Shown one piece after another: positions 7,392-18,626 of a stretch of DNA of 64,000 bases. This stretch comes from an uncultured Gammaproteobacteria bacterium (GTDB taxonomy: Bacteria > Pseudomonadota > Gammaproteobacteria > DRLM01). Every line of letters starts with the position of its first letter. Position 1 is the first letter of the stretch. The stretch lies in the NCBI GenBank assembly GCA_963729605.1, contig CAVSNY010000007.1:32001-96000 (forward strand), given 5' to 3'. Both the position numbers and the translations under genes were made by a program. The notes beneath the pieces were generated by a model, which made no database searches, had not been told where the DNA came from, and was given only the letters and a program-made list of their open reading frames with translations.

Positions 7392-9404
7392 TCAACTCGA
7401 ACCCAGAAAATTCCGCAGATTGGCGAGATGGGCCTGACCGCGCTCCTGGCGTTTTTCGGGATCGGCCTGGCGGTCGCCGCCTTCCCACTGCAAATCATCG
7501 GCGGGCAGCTCCGCCAAAAACCGGCTGGGCTCGCGTGGCAGCATGTCGGCGCCGCGTTTGCGTTTGGCGGCGATGGTGAAGGTCAAGGTCTTGCGCGCGC
7601 GGGTGATGCCCACATAGGCGAGCCGCCGTTCTTCCTCGAGCTTGCCTTCCTCGACGCTGCTGCGGTGCGGCAGACACTCCTCCTCCATCCCCACCAGAAA
7701 CACATGGGGAAACTCCAGCCCCTTGGCGGCGTGCAGGGTGAGCAGATGCACGTTGTCGGTCTGGGCGTCCTCTTCGTTGCGCTCCAGGATATCCATCAGG
7801 CTCATGTGCGCCACCAGCTCGGCGAGGGTTTTCTCCTCGGTGTTTTGTTCGGCGATGCGCTGCATCCAGGCCACCAGCTCCCAGACGTTGGCGATGCGCT
7901 TCTCGGCGGCGCGATCGTCCTTGGAATTGTCGCGCAGCCATTGTTCGTAGCCGCTGCCGGCGATCATCTCCCGCACCACCGCGATGGGATCGCCGCGCCG
8001 GCCGCGGTCGCCGAGATCGGTCAGCCAGTTGGCGAAATAGTCGAGGCGATCGGCGGCGCGCTCCGACAAGTGCTGGCGCAGTCCCAGCTCGAAGCAGGCG
8101 GCGAATAAACTGACGCCGCGCGCGCTGGCATAGTCCGCCAGCTTTTCCAAGGTGGTTGGACCGATCTCGCGGCGCGGCACGTTGACCACCCGCAAAAACG
8201 CGCTGTCGTCCTCGGGGTTGATCAGCAAACGCAGGTAAGCCATCAGGTCGCGCACCTCGCTGTGGGCGAAGAACGAGGTGCCGCCGCTCAAATAATAGGG
8301 GATGCGCTGCTCGCGCAAGGCCTTTTCGAACAGGCGCGACTGATGATTGCCGCGATAAAGAATCGCGTAGTCGCGGTAGTCGGTGCGGTGTTTGAATTTG
8401 TGGCTGAGAATTTCCGAGATCACCGTCTCGGCCTCGTGTTCGTCGCTGCGGGTCTCGATGACCCGCAGCGGATCGCCGTAGCCCAGCTCGCTCCACAATT
8501 TTTTCTCGAAGAGGTGGGGATTGTTGGCGATCAGCGCGTTGGCGGCCTTGAGGATGCGGCCGCTGGAGCGGTAATTCTGCTCCAGCTTGATCACCTTCAA
8601 GCCGGGAAAATCCTCCTGCAGCAGCGCGAGATTTTCCGGTGCCGCGCCGCGCCAGGCGTAGATCGATTGATCGTCGTCGCCGACCACGGTGAGCGCACCG
8701 CGCACCCCCACCAGGGAACGCACCATATGATATTGGCTGGCGTTGGTGTCCTGGTATTCGTCCACCAGCAGATAACGGATGCGGTTCTGCCAGGCGCCGA
8801 GGATATCCGGCTGTTCGCGGAACAGCAGCGCAGGCAGCAAAATCAAGTCATCGAAATCGACGGCGTTATAGGCCCGCAAATGCCGCTGATACTGCGCGTA
8901 GACGCTGGCCGCCAACACCTGCGCCGCGTCGCCGTCGGCCGCGGCGAGCGCCTGCTCGGGGTCGAGCAGCAGGCCTTTCCAGCGCGAGATCTGCCACTGG
9001 ATATTATTCACCTGGCTGTCGTCGTTGAACTCGCGGCGCAGCAGCTCGCGCACCAGGCCCGCGCTGTCGCCGGCGTCGAAAATCGAAAAGCCGGCGCGGT
9101 AGCCCAGCGCCGCCAGCTCGCGGCGGATGATGTTCAAACCCAGGGTGTGAAAGGTCGAGACCTGCAAACCCTTGGCCTCCTTGCCGCCCAGCAGTTCGCC
9201 GACCCGGCCCTTCATCTCGCGCGCCGCCTTGTTGGTGAAGGTGACCGCCGCGATGTGGCGCGCCTCGATGCCGCATTCCTTGATGAGATAGGCGATCTTC
9301 TGGGTGATGACGCGGGTCTTGCCGCTGCCGGCGCCCGCCAGCACCAGCAGGGGGCCGTCGAGATAACGCACCGCGGCGCGTTGAGCGGGATTCAAGCCGG
9401 ACAT
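7392..9404 (-). CDS. rep: ATP-dependent DNA helicase Rep
   Basis: LAGAGSGKTRVITQKIAYLI, VDEYQDTN, VGDDDQSIYAWRG, LEQNYRS, TLHAAKGLEFP, EEERRLAYVGITRA; 670 aa with Rep-type C-terminus. Confidence 0.93.
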   Translation of the reverse strand: MSGLNPAQRAAVRYLDGPLLVLAGAGSGKTRVITQKIAYLIKECGIEARHIAAVTFTNKAAREMKGRVGELLGGKEAKGLQVSTFHTLGLNIIRRELAALGYRAGFSIFDAGDSAGLVRELLRREFNDDSQVNNIQWQISRWKGLLLDPEQALAAADGDAAQVLAASVYAQYQRHLRAYNAVDFDDLILLPALLFREQPDILGAWQNRIRYLLVDEYQDTNASQYHMVRSLVGVRGALTVVGDDDQSIYAWRGAAPENLALLQEDFPGLKVIKLEQNYRSSGRILKAANALIANNPHLFEKKLWSELGYGDPLRVIETRSDEHEAETVISEILSHKFKHRTDYRDYAILYRGNHQSRLFEKALREQRIPYYLSGGTSFFAHSEVRDLMAYLRLLINPEDDSAFLRVVNVPRREIGPTTLEKLADYASARGVSLFAACFELGLRQHLSERAADRLDYFANWLTDLGDRGRRGDPIAVVREMIAGSGYEQWLRDNSKDDRAAEKRIANVWELVAWMQRIAEQNTEEKTLAELVAHMSLMDILERNEEDAQTDNVHLLTLHAAKGLEFPHVFLVGMEEECLPHRSSVEEGKLEEERRLAYVGITRARKTLTFTIAAKRKRGADMLPREPSRFLAELPADDLQWEGGDRQADPEKRQERGQAHLANLRNFLGSS

Positions 9405-9789
9405 GATTTTGACCTACGCTACCACTGCAAATGAGGCGCCATTTTCCGCAAAGTTGGAGTGGCGCCAGGGGCCTGCATTGTACCTGAATTGACGCCGTAG
9501 CCTGCGGCCAAGTGGCGGTCTCGGCCATCGGCGCCGCCGCTGGTTCGTCAGGGCTGAAATCGCCTTGACAAGACGGCGATTTGTCTACAACCGGAAGGTA
9601 ATCGGGCACTCATGATGACCTTGTCAACGCGCCCGCGGGTCGAGATACAAATTATTTATCTCGTTATGGCGCCGCCCCATCTCCGCGTAAAAATTGCCCG
9701 GACTTGAAAAGTATGCATAAACGTATCGCGGCGATTATCCGCGCGTTCCGTAATTGCTTAAACCTAATACAAAAAAATTTTCGGTACGG

Positions 9790-9804
9790 TGGCATGGAAA
9801 CTGC
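9790..9804 (+). promoter_or_regulatory. Possible sigma54 (-24/-12) promoter
   Basis: TGGCATGGAAACTGC (GG-N10-GC) ~60 bp upstream of the oxidoreductase start, after an AT-rich tract. Confidence 0.35.
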
Positions 9805-9864
9805 CTTTACTTATTATTCGCGTAAATTGCCAAATCCACTGTACTCCACGGAGGGCGAGACATC

Positions 9865-11397
9865 ATGGAAGAAAAAATCCATTTCTCTGTATGGAAAAAT
9901 ACCGCGCCGCGCGTAACGTATCCCGCATTGACTGACGACGTGCAAGTGGATGTTTGCGTCGTCGGTGCCGGCATTGTCGGCATCACCACCGCCTATTTGT
10001 TATTACGCGAAGGCAAATCCGTGGTCGTGCTGGATGACGGTCCGGTAGGCTGGGGTGAAACCGGCCATACCACCGGCCATTTATGCACCCTAATCGATGA
10101 CCGGTATTTTCATTTGGCCGAGGTCCACGGCGAAGACCAGGCGAAACTCGTGGCGGAAAGCCACATCGCGGCCATCGATCTCATCGAGTCGATCATCCAG
10201 CAGGAAAATATCGACTGCGATTTCGAACGCCTCGATGGTTATTTATTCGTACTTAAAGGTGATTCAACGGAGCCGCTTAAAAAAGAGCTGATTGCCGCCC
10301 GCAGCGCCGGTCTGCAAGTCGAATGGGTGGAGCGCGCGCCCTTTCGGCACTTCGAAACAGGGCCGGCTCTACGCTGCTCCCGTCAAGCACAGTTTCATTC
10401 ATTGAAATATCTAACGGCGCTCAGCGGACTCATCGGCCGGTTGAGTGGAACCCTATACACCGGGACTCACGTGGACAGCGTGAAAAAAGGCCTGCCCGCG
10501 CAAGTGGTCGCCGCCACCGGCGCGGTGGTGACAGCCGATGCCGTGGTGATTGCCACCAACGTACCGATGATCGATCGCGTCGCCATGCATACCAAGCAGG
10601 AGGCTTATCGCACTTACGTCATCGGCGGACCGATCGATTCCGGCGAATTGGAAAAAGCCTTGTATTGGGACACGCTCGATCCTTACCACTACGTGCGTTT
10701 ACAGCGGACGGACGAGCAGGGCGGCGAGCGGTGGATGCTCTTGATCGGCGGCGAGGACCACAAGACCGGACAAGGCGAAAATGAGCGAGAGCACTTCGAA
10801 CGGCTCGAGGCGTGGGCGCGTCAACGCTTTCCTTCTCTGGGCGACATCGAATATCGCTGGGCCGGGCAAATCATCGAACCGCTGGACGGCCTGGCTTTCA
10901 TCGGCCGTAATCCCGGCGACGACAACATTTATATCGCGACCGGCGATTCCGGCAACGGGCTCACTCACGGAACCATTGCCGCGCTGATGTTCCGCGACCT
11001 TATCTTCGGCCGCGATAATCCTTGGCGGAAACTGTACGATCCGTCCCGCAAGATCACCGGCGAGATTAAGGAATATCTCCGCACCAGTCTCAACGTAATG
11101 AATCAATACGCGGACTACGTCACCCCGGGCGATGTGGATTCGACGGACGACATCGCGCCGGGCACCGGTGCGGTAGTCCGCGAGGGACTGCGAAAATTAG
11201 CGGTCTATCGCGATGAACATGGCTTTCTGCACAAGCACTCGGCGGTATGCCCGCATCTCGGCTGCCTGGTAAGATGGAATAACGCCGATCATTCCTGGGA
11301 TTGCCCTTGCCACGGATCCCGCTTTGAAGCCACCGGCAAACTGCTCAACGGCCCGGCCAACAAAGATTTGGAAACCATCTCGAAACATGGACGTTGA
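9865..11397 (+). CDS. FAD-dependent (DAO-family) oxidoreductase with C-terminal Rieske 2Fe-2S domain (YhfW-like)
   Basis: VVGAGIVG Rossmann motif; Rieske CPHLGC...WDCPCHGSRF. Confidence 0.92.
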   Translation: MEEKIHFSVWKNTAPRVTYPALTDDVQVDVCVVGAGIVGITTAYLLLREGKSVVVLDDGPVGWGETGHTTGHLCTLIDDRYFHLAEVHGEDQAKLVAESHIAAIDLIESIIQQENIDCDFERLDGYLFVLKGDSTEPLKKELIAARSAGLQVEWVERAPFRHFETGPALRCSRQAQFHSLKYLTALSGLIGRLSGTLYTGTHVDSVKKGLPAQVVAATGAVVTADAVVIATNVPMIDRVAMHTKQEAYRTYVIGGPIDSGELEKALYWDTLDPYHYVRLQRTDEQGGERWMLLIGGEDHKTGQGENEREHFERLEAWARQRFPSLGDIEYRWAGQIIEPLDGLAFIGRNPGDDNIYIATGDSGNGLTHGTIAALMFRDLIFGRDNPWRKLYDPSRKITGEIKEYLRTSLNVMNQYADYVTPGDVDSTDDIAPGTGAVVREGLRKLAVYRDEHGFLHKHSAVCPHLGCLVRWNNADHSWDCPCHGSRFEATGKLLNGPANKDLETISKHGR

Positions 11398-11515
11398 CAT
11401 CGGCGCGGGGCTTCGAACCTACACGGGGCAGGGAGCCGCTGAAGCGTACCTCGACCGACGCTTGAATACCGAGACACGCATCCTCTTTGCTTATAGAGGC
11501 CGGTATTAAGGCGAA

Positions 11516-12454
11516 TTACTTTTTATCCATGTCGTCGTTCGTGATTGGTCTCGGATCGACCGAATCGACCAACTGCGCCAGCATCGGTTTGCTGGCCTCG
11601 CCGAAATAAATAGAGCGGTGCGGAAAAGGAATTTCTATCCCCGCGCTGTCGAAGGCCTTTTTCACGCGGCGCTGAAACTCCCGCCCGACCTCCCATTGCT
11701 TGATGGGGTGGGTTTTAAGCCGGCCTTTGATGATTACCGCCGAGTCGCCGAATTTATCCACGCCGAAGACCTCCACATCCTCCTGCATCAGCAGACCGAA
11801 GCGCGGATCCTGGCGCAGCTCCGCCCCCACGCGATGTAGCACCTCCACGACCTGATCGGTATCTTCTTTGTAAGCCACCCTGATCTCAAACACGAAGGCG
11901 GACCATTCCCGCGTCATATTGGCCAGGGTAGTGATACTGCCGTTGGGAAAGACGTGCACCACCCCGGCCAGATCGCGCAGGACGATGGTGCGGAAGTTGA
12001 CCCGTTCCACCAGACCGCCGGTGCCGTTGATGATGGCCACGTCGCCCACCCGCACCTGATTCTCGAGGATCATGAAAAAGCCGGAGATGATGTCGCGCAC
12101 CAGATTTTGCGCGCCGAAACCCACCGCCAGGCCGACGATGCCGGCGCTGGCGAGGATGGGACCGACGTCGATACCCACTTCGCGCAACACCAGTAAAAAA
12201 CCCATCAGCCAGACCACGATGACCACGCCTTGCCGCAACAGGCGCACCAGGGTTTCGGCGCGTTTGGCCGCCTCGGTCGGCACTTCGCCGGCCTCCTCCC
12301 CCTTGTGGACCAGGCTGCGCTCCAGCCGGCGCAACAAGCTGCGCACGACCAGCAGGAGTATCCACACCACGATCAGGATCAACAGGATCCGCATGCCGCT
12401 GAAAATAATATCCCGCCACTCGACCGTACTGAAATACTCTTGCAATAACTCCAT
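11516..12454 (-). CDS. Small-conductance mechanosensitive channel (MscS family)
   Basis: LASAGIVGLAVGFGAQNLVRDIISGFF, VRVGD, FPNG, GIEIPFP. Confidence 0.92.
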   Translation of the reverse strand: MELLQEYFSTVEWRDIIFSGMRILLILIVVWILLLVVRSLLRRLERSLVHKGEEAGEVPTEAAKRAETLVRLLRQGVVIVVWLMGFLLVLREVGIDVGPILASAGIVGLAVGFGAQNLVRDIISGFFMILENQVRVGDVAIINGTGGLVERVNFRTIVLRDLAGVVHVFPNGSITTLANMTREWSAFVFEIRVAYKEDTDQVVEVLHRVGAELRQDPRFGLLMQEDVEVFGVDKFGDSAVIIKGRLKTHPIKQWEVGREFQRRVKKAFDSAGIEIPFPHRSIYFGEASKPMLAQLVDSVDPRPITNDDMDKK

Positions 12455-12487
12455 CGGACCAAACCTCGCGTTTTAGATAGTCGCCAT

Positions 12488-14875
12488 TTAACGGCCCAGC
12501 CGCTCGGCCAGCGGCCGATACTGCAAGCCGTAAAACATCTCGAGATAACGGCGGGTCTCGTCCCGTTCCAGATTCGTTACGTATTTCCAGAAACCGTAAA
12601 TACGCGACAGGGTCATCATCCGCTCGGCATACAGCTCCCAGGTGTAGCGGCTGCGCACGCGCTGCACCGCGCCGCCGGCGATTTTTTCCCAATAGGTCTC
12701 GTCGGCGGCGCAACGTTCGAAGAAATCGGCCATGCGGTCCGCGGCGCGGTCACCGTGATTGGGATCGATGTGAAATCCGGATACGCCGTCGACGATGATT
12801 TCCAAAGGGCCGCCGTACATGGTGGCGAAGGTCGGCAGGCCGGACGCCATCGCCTCGATCACGGTAAGACCGAAGGCCTCGAACAGCGCCGGCTGAACGA
12901 AGGCGCCGCGGCGGTCGGCGATGTAGCGGTACAGTTCACCGCTGAGGTTTTTGTCGAGGCGTAAGCCCAGCCAGCGCAGTTCGCCATCCAGTTGATGCGC
13001 ATCTATCAATTCATGCATGCGCGCGATCTGATGCTGTTCCTCGGCGTCGCCGGAGCGGGCCGCGTCCACGTAACCGCCCACCACGACCAGGTTGGCCGCC
13101 TCGCGCAACCGCGGATTGTTGCCGTACCATTCGACCAGGCCGGTGATGTTCTTGATGCGGTCGAGACGGGCCATGGTGAAGAGCAAGGGTTTGTTGGCGT
13201 CGCTGAGCGCGCCGCGGCAGTCGGGATAATCGCGCTGATAAATCATCGCCTCGATCTCGGCATGGAGGCCGCTCAGGCGCCGCGCCGTTTCATGATAGGG
13301 AAAATAGACCTCGGCGTCGGCGCCGGGCGAGACGATGTTGAATTTCGGGTCGAAGGGATCCATGCCCTGCACCACCCGATACAGGCCGGGCATGGTGTAG
13401 GCGCTGTAACTTTCATATTGACCGACGCTGTCCTCGCGGCCGGCGATTTCCTGATAGGTGCTGGTTATGATGAAATCCGCCGCGTTCATCGCGATCAAGT
13501 CCGCGGTGAATTGGCAGCTGAAATGATACTGCGGCTCGTTGTCGCGCCAGTAAAGATCGGACAGCAGATATTTGGTCTTCTCCAGGGCGTGGGCGATATT
13601 GCACTGGGTGACATGCAGGCGTTGCGACATCAACGTCGCCACCAGATTGCCGTCGGAGTAATTACCGACGATCAGATCCGGCCGGCCGCTCAATTCGGCC
13701 AGCACTTCCTTTTCGGCCTCCACCGCGAACCGTTCCAGATAGGGCCAGATTTCGAAGCGCGAAATCCAGTGCGGCACCACCTCGCCCTGCGCGCCGCGAA
13801 ACGGCACGCGCAAGATGCGCGCGTTGCGGGTGCCGACCACCGATTCCAGGCGCTGATCACAGCAGGTGCCCGGCGGCGCGTCGGGAATGAGACGGGTGAC
13901 GATGAGAATTTGCGGTTCGATATCCAGTCCCTGTTCGTCGAGCCGGGCGCGCATCTCTTTTTCCAGGGCGCGCACTTGATCGAGAATGTACACCACCTGG
14001 CCGCCGGTGTCGGGCAGACCCAGCACGTTGGCCTGGCCGAAGTAACCGTGCGGCGACAGGATCGTCATATTGAAGATCATCGGCACCCGGCTCAGGAATT
14101 GTTCGAGCGCCGCCGGCGCCGGCGCCTCGAGCAGATCCGAGAGCAAGGTGATGGTCTCGCGCATCCGTTCGACATCGCGGCCCCAGCCGATCTCCAGACC
14201 CAAGGCCTGCAAGGCCGGGCCCACGACATCCCAGCCGGCGGTGCGCTCCTGGCCGCTGAGATAGGCGTCGGCGTGGCGCAGGGCCCGGCGCAAGTCCGCC
14301 ATCTCGCTGATCCGGTTATTGAGCATCAACTGGCGGCCCTGGCATTGATGCACCCGCAGAAAATCGAGCAGACGCCGGTCGCCCTTGCCCAGTTCCTGAA
14401 ACAGTTGGCTCGACAAACGGCGATTGAGAAATTCGACCCCGCGGCCGATGGAGCGCGCCTCATGCAGCTTGGGAAATTCGCGATTGAAGGGCCCGATGTC
14501 GAATTCCAGCGTCCACTCGTTGCCGTCGCCGCCGCCGATCAGGCGTTCCTTGAACTGGAGATACACGGCGGTGGAAACCGTTTCGATCTGCAAGGATTCG
14601 AGATGGATGCGTAAATAATTCCAGCGCGCCACATAACGGCGGGTGGCGAAATAAAGCCACGGTGTCCCCACCGCCGCCTCTTGCGTGATTCTGATGGTGT
14701 CCGCCAAGGGCGAATCCAGCAATGCCGTCTGCCCGTGCTCGCGACAAAAGGCGTTGAACTCGTCCCATAATTCGGAGCGCAATAAAAACGGTCTACCAAG
14801 GGCCGCGTAACGCCGCAATAACAGATAGACGGCGTCGCGGTGGGTCTGCACGAAGCTGGCGATGTCTTCACTCAT
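12488..14875 (-). CDS. sus: Sucrose synthase (GT4)
   Basis: [69 protein letters not shown]; 795 aa. Confidence 0.95.
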   Translation of the reverse strand: MSEDIASFVQTHRDAVYLLLRRYAALGRPFLLRSELWDEFNAFCREHGQTALLDSPLADTIRITQEAAVGTPWLYFATRRYVARWNYLRIHLESLQIETVSTAVYLQFKERLIGGGDGNEWTLEFDIGPFNREFPKLHEARSIGRGVEFLNRRLSSQLFQELGKGDRRLLDFLRVHQCQGRQLMLNNRISEMADLRRALRHADAYLSGQERTAGWDVVGPALQALGLEIGWGRDVERMRETITLLSDLLEAPAPAALEQFLSRVPMIFNMTILSPHGYFGQANVLGLPDTGGQVVYILDQVRALEKEMRARLDEQGLDIEPQILIVTRLIPDAPPGTCCDQRLESVVGTRNARILRVPFRGAQGEVVPHWISRFEIWPYLERFAVEAEKEVLAELSGRPDLIVGNYSDGNLVATLMSQRLHVTQCNIAHALEKTKYLLSDLYWRDNEPQYHFSCQFTADLIAMNAADFIITSTYQEIAGREDSVGQYESYSAYTMPGLYRVVQGMDPFDPKFNIVSPGADAEVYFPYHETARRLSGLHAEIEAMIYQRDYPDCRGALSDANKPLLFTMARLDRIKNITGLVEWYGNNPRLREAANLVVVGGYVDAARSGDAEEQHQIARMHELIDAHQLDGELRWLGLRLDKNLSGELYRYIADRRGAFVQPALFEAFGLTVIEAMASGLPTFATMYGGPLEIIVDGVSGFHIDPNHGDRAADRMADFFERCAADETYWEKIAGGAVQRVRSRYTWELYAERMMTLSRIYGFWKYVTNLERDETRRYLEMFYGLQYRPLAERLGR

Positions 14876-17030
14876 GGGACACCCCCTCCCGGCCGTCGGC
14901 CTCGCTCATGGCGCCGAAGAAGTCATAATGCTCGATGCCTTCCAAGATGCCCCAGGCATAATGACCGTCGGCGAAATAGATGCGCTCGCGGCCGCGCAAT
15001 TTCTCCAGCTCTTCACTGTGATTGCCGACCACCACGCCCAGGGTGTTGCCGGTCAGCATTTCTTCATCGTTGCCGGAATCGCCCACCACCAGAATGTGCT
15101 CGACGGGGATGCCCCATTTCATCGCCAGATAGCGGATGGCGCAACCTTTGGAGGCGCGCACCGGCAACAGATCGAGATACAGACCGTGGGAATAGACCAC
15201 ATTGGCGTGCAGCTTGCGGCGGCGCAGGCGGCGGGATATTTCGGCGATGGGCGGCGCCTCGGGGGCGACGAAGTAACTGAGCTTGAAGGGCAGTTGCTCG
15301 CTGGCGGGCTGCGGCAGAATGCCCGGTATATCCCGCATGGCTTCCTGCAACAGCGCGGGCTGCCAGCGGTAAGCGAGATGACGCTGATAACCCACGTCCG
15401 ACATGTGGCGCGGTCCGTAATAGATTTCGGTGCCGACCGCGGTGACGATCAAGTCGGGCACCGGCACTTGCCATTCTTTCAATATTTGCAGGGCACTCTC
15501 CAAGCGCCGCCCGGTGGCGACGCCGAACCCCACCCGGCCGTTGGTCCGCCGCAGACGTTCGACCAATTTCTTGAGCGCGGACCGGTCGCCGATCAAGGTA
15601 TTGTCGATGTCGCTGACCAGCAAACGGTCGGCGGTCGGCAAGGGATTTCTCTCCGCCACCGCCCGCTGGCTGCGTTGAGGTTTGTCGTGCAGGGTGTCGA
15701 TGGATTTCATATAACTCTCCACGTGGGAAGACCAGGAAAAATTTTGGGCGCCGGCCAGACCCGCCTCCGACCACCGCGTCCAACGCGCGTCGTCGCTCAA
15801 GGCGGAATGGATGGCCTCGCCCATCGCCTTGGCGTTCAGGGGATCGATGAGCAGGCCGTTCCGGCAGACCTCGATGATGTCGCGCGGCCCGCCGTCCTCG
15901 GTCGCCACCACCGGCAGACCGCTGGCCGCCGCCTCGATCAAGGTCAAACCGAACGGCTCGGTGAGCGCGGGATTGACGAACAAGCCGCGACTTTCCGCCG
16001 CCAGCCGGTAAAGATCCGGCACGTCATCGGATTGATGGTGTTTCGGATAGGCGACTTTGCCATAAAGATCGTAGCGGTCGATCAGCAATAGAATTTCGGT
16101 CAACACGCCGCGCGCGCTTTTATCCATCGCGGCGATGTCGTCGCGATTGCCGGCGACCAGGATCAGATTGGCCCGCTCGCGCAACGCGGGATGTTCGCCG
16201 TAGGCCTTGATCAGAGTGGCGATGTTTTTGCGTTCGTCGGCGCGCGACAAGGCGAGGATCATCGCTTGGCCGGGGTCGCGGAGAAAACGGCGAATATCCG
16301 GGTAAATCCCCGGTTTTTTCGTTTGCGTATCCGTCGGGTAGAAATGGGTGAGATCGACGCCGGGCGGTATCACCCGCATCCGCGCCGGCTGATAATTGTC
16401 GTAGATGCGGTATTGGCGCTCGACTTCCTGACGGGTACTCGCCACCACCAGCGCGGCGTTGTCGAGAGCGAATTCCTCGGCCTCGATGCGCTGGGTCATA
16501 TTGTATTGCTTTTCGATCACCTCGTTTTTCACGCCTTGATCGAGCAGGCGGCGTTTCTTTTCCCGACCCAGCGAATGACCGGTGAACACCAGCGGCACGC
16601 CGAGCAAGGCGGCCAGCCGCGCGCCGACGTAACCGGCGTCGGCGTAATGGCTGTGAATCACGTCCGGCACCCGTCCTATCCGGCGGATGTGTTGCAAGGC
16701 ATGATCGGCGAAGCTGTCGAGATGGGGCCACAACACTTCCTTGCGTAGGTAGCGGCGCGGCCCGCAGGGAATGCGCACGATGCGCGCCTTGGCCGCGAGT
16801 CGTTCTTCCGGCACGGCGTAGCTGTCATTCACTTTGGGATCGCTGATTTGACGAGTGAGCAGATCGACCCGCGCCACGCGGGGATGGGCGGCGAGCGCGG
16901 CGGCCAACTCGACCACGTATTTGATCTGGCCGCCGGTGTCGGCGTCGCGGCCCAACTCCATATCGTATCCGCGCACCAGGCCATGCACGCTGATGAGCAT
17001 GATGTATAAACCTTCGGCTTGCTGCTTCAT
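14868..17030 (-). CDS. sps: Sucrose-phosphate synthase with C-terminal HAD sucrose-phosphate phosphatase domain
   Basis: [36 protein letters not shown]; HAD motifs SDIDNTL and GDSGND. Start moved to ATG 17030, which overlaps the upstream stop. Confidence 0.93.
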   Translation of the reverse strand: MKQQAEGLYIMLISVHGLVRGYDMELGRDADTGGQIKYVVELAAALAAHPRVARVDLLTRQISDPKVNDSYAVPEERLAAKARIVRIPCGPRRYLRKEVLWPHLDSFADHALQHIRRIGRVPDVIHSHYADAGYVGARLAALLGVPLVFTGHSLGREKKRRLLDQGVKNEVIEKQYNMTQRIEAEEFALDNAALVVASTRQEVERQYRIYDNYQPARMRVIPPGVDLTHFYPTDTQTKKPGIYPDIRRFLRDPGQAMILALSRADERKNIATLIKAYGEHPALRERANLILVAGNRDDIAAMDKSARGVLTEILLLIDRYDLYGKVAYPKHHQSDDVPDLYRLAAESRGLFVNPALTEPFGLTLIEAAASGLPVVATEDGGPRDIIEVCRNGLLIDPLNAKAMGEAIHSALSDDARWTRWSEAGLAGAQNFSWSSHVESYMKSIDTLHDKPQRSQRAVAERNPLPTADRLLVSDIDNTLIGDRSALKKLVERLRRTNGRVGFGVATGRRLESALQILKEWQVPVPDLIVTAVGTEIYYGPRHMSDVGYQRHLAYRWQPALLQEAMRDIPGILPQPASEQLPFKLSYFVAPEAPPIAEISRRLRRRKLHANVVYSHGLYLDLLPVRASKGCAIRYLAMKWGIPVEHILVVGDSGNDEEMLTGNTLGVVVGNHSEELEKLRGRERIYFADGHYAWGILEGIEHYDFFGAMSEADGREGVSHE

Positions 17031-17947
17031 GCCGACCAGTCCCGCAAATAGCGCTGATATAGCGCCCGATCCTCGGCAATCGCGCCACGCTGGCGACACA
17101 CCGCGGCGGCGAAATCCGCCGCGCGCTCGGCGAGCACCGGCAGCGCCCAGCCGTTCAACAAGCCGCATATCGCGACCGCGCTGAACGCATCGCCCGCGCC
17201 GACGCTGTCGATCAAGCCGCTGACCGCCACCGGCGCGGCCTGATGAATTTCCTGCTCGGTAATCAAAATGGCGCCGCGCTCGCCGCGCGTCACTATCAAC
17301 AACTCGCCGCCGCAGGCGCGCCGTAAACCGTCCGCGCCGTCGAGCAGATCCGCCTCGTCGCGCAAACGACGCTGCAGCAGCACCGCCAATTCGTGTTCGT
17401 TGAGTTTGATCCAGCGCGCACGCCGCAAGGCGTCCTCCAGCCAAGCGAGCCGCCACCAGGGATCGCGCAGATTGATGTCGAGAAACACCGGCACGCCGCC
17501 GTCCCGCACGATGTCCAAGCCGGCACGGGCGGTCGCATGACGGGCGATCAGGCTGCCGTGATACAACAAATCAGCCGGCTGCCGATCCAGCTCGGCCCGC
17601 AGCGGCGCCGCGGCGATGAAGTCATAGGCCTGCTCGGCCAGGATATCGAAGCGCGGCTCACCGTCGACGAAACCGACCTGTACCCGGCCGGTGGGATGCG
17701 CGGAATCCCGCTGCACGGCGCGCGCATCCATGTCCCACGCCGCCATCGCCGCGATGACCTGCGCGCCCAATTCATCGTCGCCGATCCGGCTGATCAATAG
17801 CGGGGAGAGACCAAAACCGCGCAGATGCCAGGCCACGTTGAACGGCGCGCCGCCCAGAGTCGCGGTCCCGTCGGGATAGACGTCGTGCAATACCTCTCCG
17901 AATATGAGAGGCCGCGACGCCGACACGGCTACACGATTTTGTTTCAT
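17027..17947 (-). CDS. PfkB family sugar kinase, probable fructokinase
   Basis: FGEVL, GGAPFNVA, DINLR, IKLNEHE, DSVGAGDAF; first gene of the sucrose cluster. Confidence 0.88.
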   Translation of the reverse strand: MKQNRVAVSASRPLIFGEVLHDVYPDGTATLGGAPFNVAWHLRGFGLSPLLISRIGDDELGAQVIAAMAAWDMDARAVQRDSAHPTGRVQVGFVDGEPRFDILAEQAYDFIAAAPLRAELDRQPADLLYHGSLIARHATARAGLDIVRDGGVPVFLDINLRDPWWRLAWLEDALRRARWIKLNEHELAVLLQRRLRDEADLLDGADGLRRACGGELLIVTRGERGAILITEQEIHQAAPVAVSGLIDSVGAGDAFSAVAICGLLNGWALPVLAERAADFAAAVCRQRGAIAEDRALYQRYLRDWSA

Positions 17948-18548
17948 ACGGCTTCCAATCGCTGCGGTGGCATATCGAAACACACCGTCTAAAAAATGCT
18001 CGACACCGCGTTATGCGCGGCTGATTTTTGATTTAACGCTGCAAACGGCGGCTGAGGACCGTATACCGGAAGGTCCGGTTTTTGGTGATGGCATCCCCGC
18101 ATTTCGCGGAAATACGCCAGTATCAATGATCTTTCGACGCGGCATGCGCCTAAAAATCGCGTATTAAATTGAGTGCTGATATCGACTCATGGGAATTTCG
18201 TGCCAAAAGACCTTAACATTTATCGGCGGTGATTTCAAAGATACGCGGCGAAAAGCCGCGTGGAGAGATAGATTATGAAGCCGCTTTTCCGTAAATTTCC
18301 GTTGAATGAAAGAATTTTTCCACTGATCGGCGCTCGCGCGGCGGACGGCGGCGCAGAGCCGCCGGCTGCGCGAGCGGATGGTAAATTTTACACGGAGGTG
18401 AGCGGTGGCTTGAAGTTATGGGGTATTTGAATCAACCCGGAGGACCGCCGGTCGATATCGATCCGACCACGCCGACACGGCCGTAAGAGACCCGCGACGC
18501 AATAACTTCATGCCGGATTGGAGTGCGTGGTCAATGTAGAAACGGAAA

Positions 18549-18578
18549 CATCCCCTCCTCGACGCAAGGAGGGGATGA
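18549..18578. repeat. CCCCTCCT...AGGAGGGG hairpin (REP-like family B; possible terminator after glmS)
   Basis: CATCCCCTCCTcgacgcaAGGAGGGGATG; same core as hairpins at ~21601 and 24044-24372. Confidence 0.6.
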
Positions 18579-18626
18579 CCAAACAACGCGCGCGTGATTC
18601 ATCCGGCGCGCCGCACGAGCGCGCCT

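Noticed and set aside
17031-17456. N-terminal extension of SPS (862-aa call)
   Set aside because: Overlaps the fructokinase CDS in another frame; SPS homology begins at ATG 17030.
18188-18206. Sigma54 promoter for the sucrose operon (minus strand TGGCACGAAATTCCC)
   Set aside because: The -12 element reads CC instead of the required GC.
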